Source: Candidatus Woesearchaeota archaeon (GTDB lineage Archaea; Nanobdellota; Nanobdellia; Pacearchaeales; GW2011-AR1). Taken from it: a DNA stretch of 64,000 bases. Both the position numbers and the translations under genes were made by a program. Below are positions 63,898 to 64,000 of the stretch, in pieces; position 1 is the first letter of the stretch, and each line of letters begins with the position of its first letter. The notes beneath the pieces were generated by a model. It saw only the letters and a program-made list of their open reading frames with translations. It was not told the DNA's origin and did not search any database. The stretch spans positions 17,438 through 81,437 of the forward strand of contig CAZHOH010000004.1 of assembly GCA_964534185.1 (NCBI GenBank). Direction: 5' to 3'.

Positions 63898-64000
63898 TTG
63901 AATAACTGATTTAACTCTTCTATGCTTTGGCATTGCATGATTTGTTTTCTTAATTGCGGTGCGCCTTGAATTCCTTTTGTGAATGAGACCGCATGATTTT
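63898..64000 (-). CDS. 3' end of a minus-strand gene continuing beyond the window
   Basis: Minus-strand frame reads ...NHAVSFTKGIQGAPQLRKQIMQCQSIEELNQLFN-stop, ending at ~63898. The 5' part lies outside the window. Confidence 0.25.

Noticed and set aside
1-64000. CRISPR arrays or other long tandem direct-repeat arrays
   Set aside because: Reading through the window I found no regularly spaced direct repeats. The only repeats are intragenic duplications (854-1876) and the gene-junction repeats at 19711-20178.

Overview
AT-rich (roughly one-third G+C by eye), densely coding 64 kb chromosomal segment that looks archaeal and most resembles a small-genome DPANN/Nanoarchaeota-like lineage. Archaeal informational genes are clear: aIF5B, a conserved rpoE-spt4-S24e-S27ae operon, archaeal-type ThrRS with its N-terminal editing domain, ELP3, Taw1/Taw3 wyosine enzymes, Dph2 and an archaeal class-III-signal pilin. 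Several bacterial-looking accessory genes are interleaved: an AroG-type DAHP synthase, a SleB-like cell-wall hydrolase, a DsbA/DsbB(BdbC) oxidative-folding cluster, a SufB-SufS-SufU-SufC operon and an amino-acid ABC transporter. Two tRNAs are present: a tRNA-His(GUG) with a weak acceptor stem, and a tRNA-Trp(CCA) interrupted by a 74-nt structured intron. Four aminoacyl-tRNA synthetases are present (HisRS, GluRS, ThrRS, TrpRS). No rRNA and no CRISPR array were seen. Most notable items are listed here. (1) The dph2 gene is split at a domain boundary into two pieces, with an LMW-PTP/ArsC-like gene and a small unknown gene inserted between them; all four ORFs are translationally coupled. (2) A radical-SAM/SPASM enzyme is translationally coupled to a His/Asp/Tyr-rich small protein and followed by a Ser-rich coiled-coil protein, a candidate peptide-modification system. 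(3) A tandem array of small paralogous genes ends in a conserved GCGVLHTS terminus and carries ~42-bp repeated gene junctions. (4) An Spt4 homolog appears to have lost its zinc ribbon. (5) A four-gene thiol-disulfide cluster is unusual for this kind of archaeon. (6) A short island with shifted composition carries an Xis-like HTH protein, a RelE/ParE toxin-antitoxin pair and a mini-MGMT. (7) Several PIN-domain operons are present. All calls come from reading motifs in the supplied translations and DNA by eye; no database searches were run.
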